Shown piece after piece: positions 53,926 to 54,249 of a DNA stretch of 54,249 nucleotides. The stretch is taken from the IMG/VR virus record IMGVR_UViG_3300010398_000013, positions 1 to 54,249 of that record, one strand, 5' to 3'. The notes under the pieces were generated by a model, which was not told where the DNA came from, ran no database searches, and saw nothing but the letters and a program-made list of their open reading frames with translations. Source of the stretch: a virus (lineage: Duplodnaviria; Caudoviricetes). How positions within the stretch are numbered: the first letter of the stretch is position 1; each line of letters starts with the position of its first letter. The position numbers and the translations under genes are program-made.

Positions 53926-54192
53926 ATGCCCAGTCCGCCGAATGCCCCCAATCCCTACAACTGGCACCGGCTGCGCGAAGCCTATGAGCGGTTGAATACG
54001 CCGCAAATGCCGGCGACGCTCATTGCCGAGCGGATCGGCAAGAGTTGTGTGTTTGTGTGGAAGGTCATGACGGGCAAAAAGTGGGGATCCTTGGAGACGA
54101 TGCTCCGGATTGCGGATTGTCTGGGCGTGCCGCATCACGAACTGGTCGGCGTTACCGGGCGCAAGAACGGCAAAAGGAGGAAGACGGCATGA
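53926..54192 (+). CDS. Cro/XRE-like HTH protein
   Basis: IAERIGKS...V.KV.TG....SLETMLRIADCLGVP..EL. Confidence 0.82.
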   Translation: MPSPPNAPNPYNWHRLREAYERLNTPQMPATLIAERIGKSCVFVWKVMTGKKWGSLETMLRIADCLGVPHHELVGVTGRKNGKRRKTA

Positions 54193-54249
54193 GCGAATCG
54201 CCATTTTTGACCATCATTCAATGTGCCCAACGCGCCCATGTGGGCCGCA
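54189..54249 (+). CDS. Excisionase-like HTH protein, 3'-partial
   Basis: AGGAGG RBS, ATGA coupling; MSESPFLTIIQCAQRAHVGR. Confidence 0.5.
   Translation, partial: MSESPFLTIIQCAQRAHVGR

Overview
The window reads as most of a ~55 kb tailed dsDNA phage genome with podovirus-type morphogenesis, opened inside its replication-initiator gene; both ends are partial genes. Gene order: lambda O/P-like replication start with iterons, DUF1064 nuclease, MCM-like AAA+ ATPase, then a minus-strand, more AT-rich early module with strong sigma70 promoters (GP88, small ORFs) and a non-coding G/T-tract region that may be the genome end. Next is an accessory region (wHTH proteins, secreted-protein pair, Acb2/Tad1-like protein, SAM methyltransferase, split TMTC-like glycosyltransferase-TPR). 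This is followed by terminase, four tail fibre/tailspike genes, portal, a cluster of Arg-rich microproteins with a structured leader RNA, scaffold, major capsid, adaptor/nozzle and ejection proteins. The window ends with a minus-strand recombination module (Sak4-like, PD-(D/E)XK, DUF968-like, OMP beta-barrel) and XRE repressor/Cro-like/excisionase-like genes. I recognised no integrase, endolysin, tRNA, CRISPR array or reverse transcriptase. The OMP, secreted pair and TMTC-like genes resemble Acidobacteriota-type proteins, so the host is an inference. All family calls come from motifs recognised by eye, not database searches.
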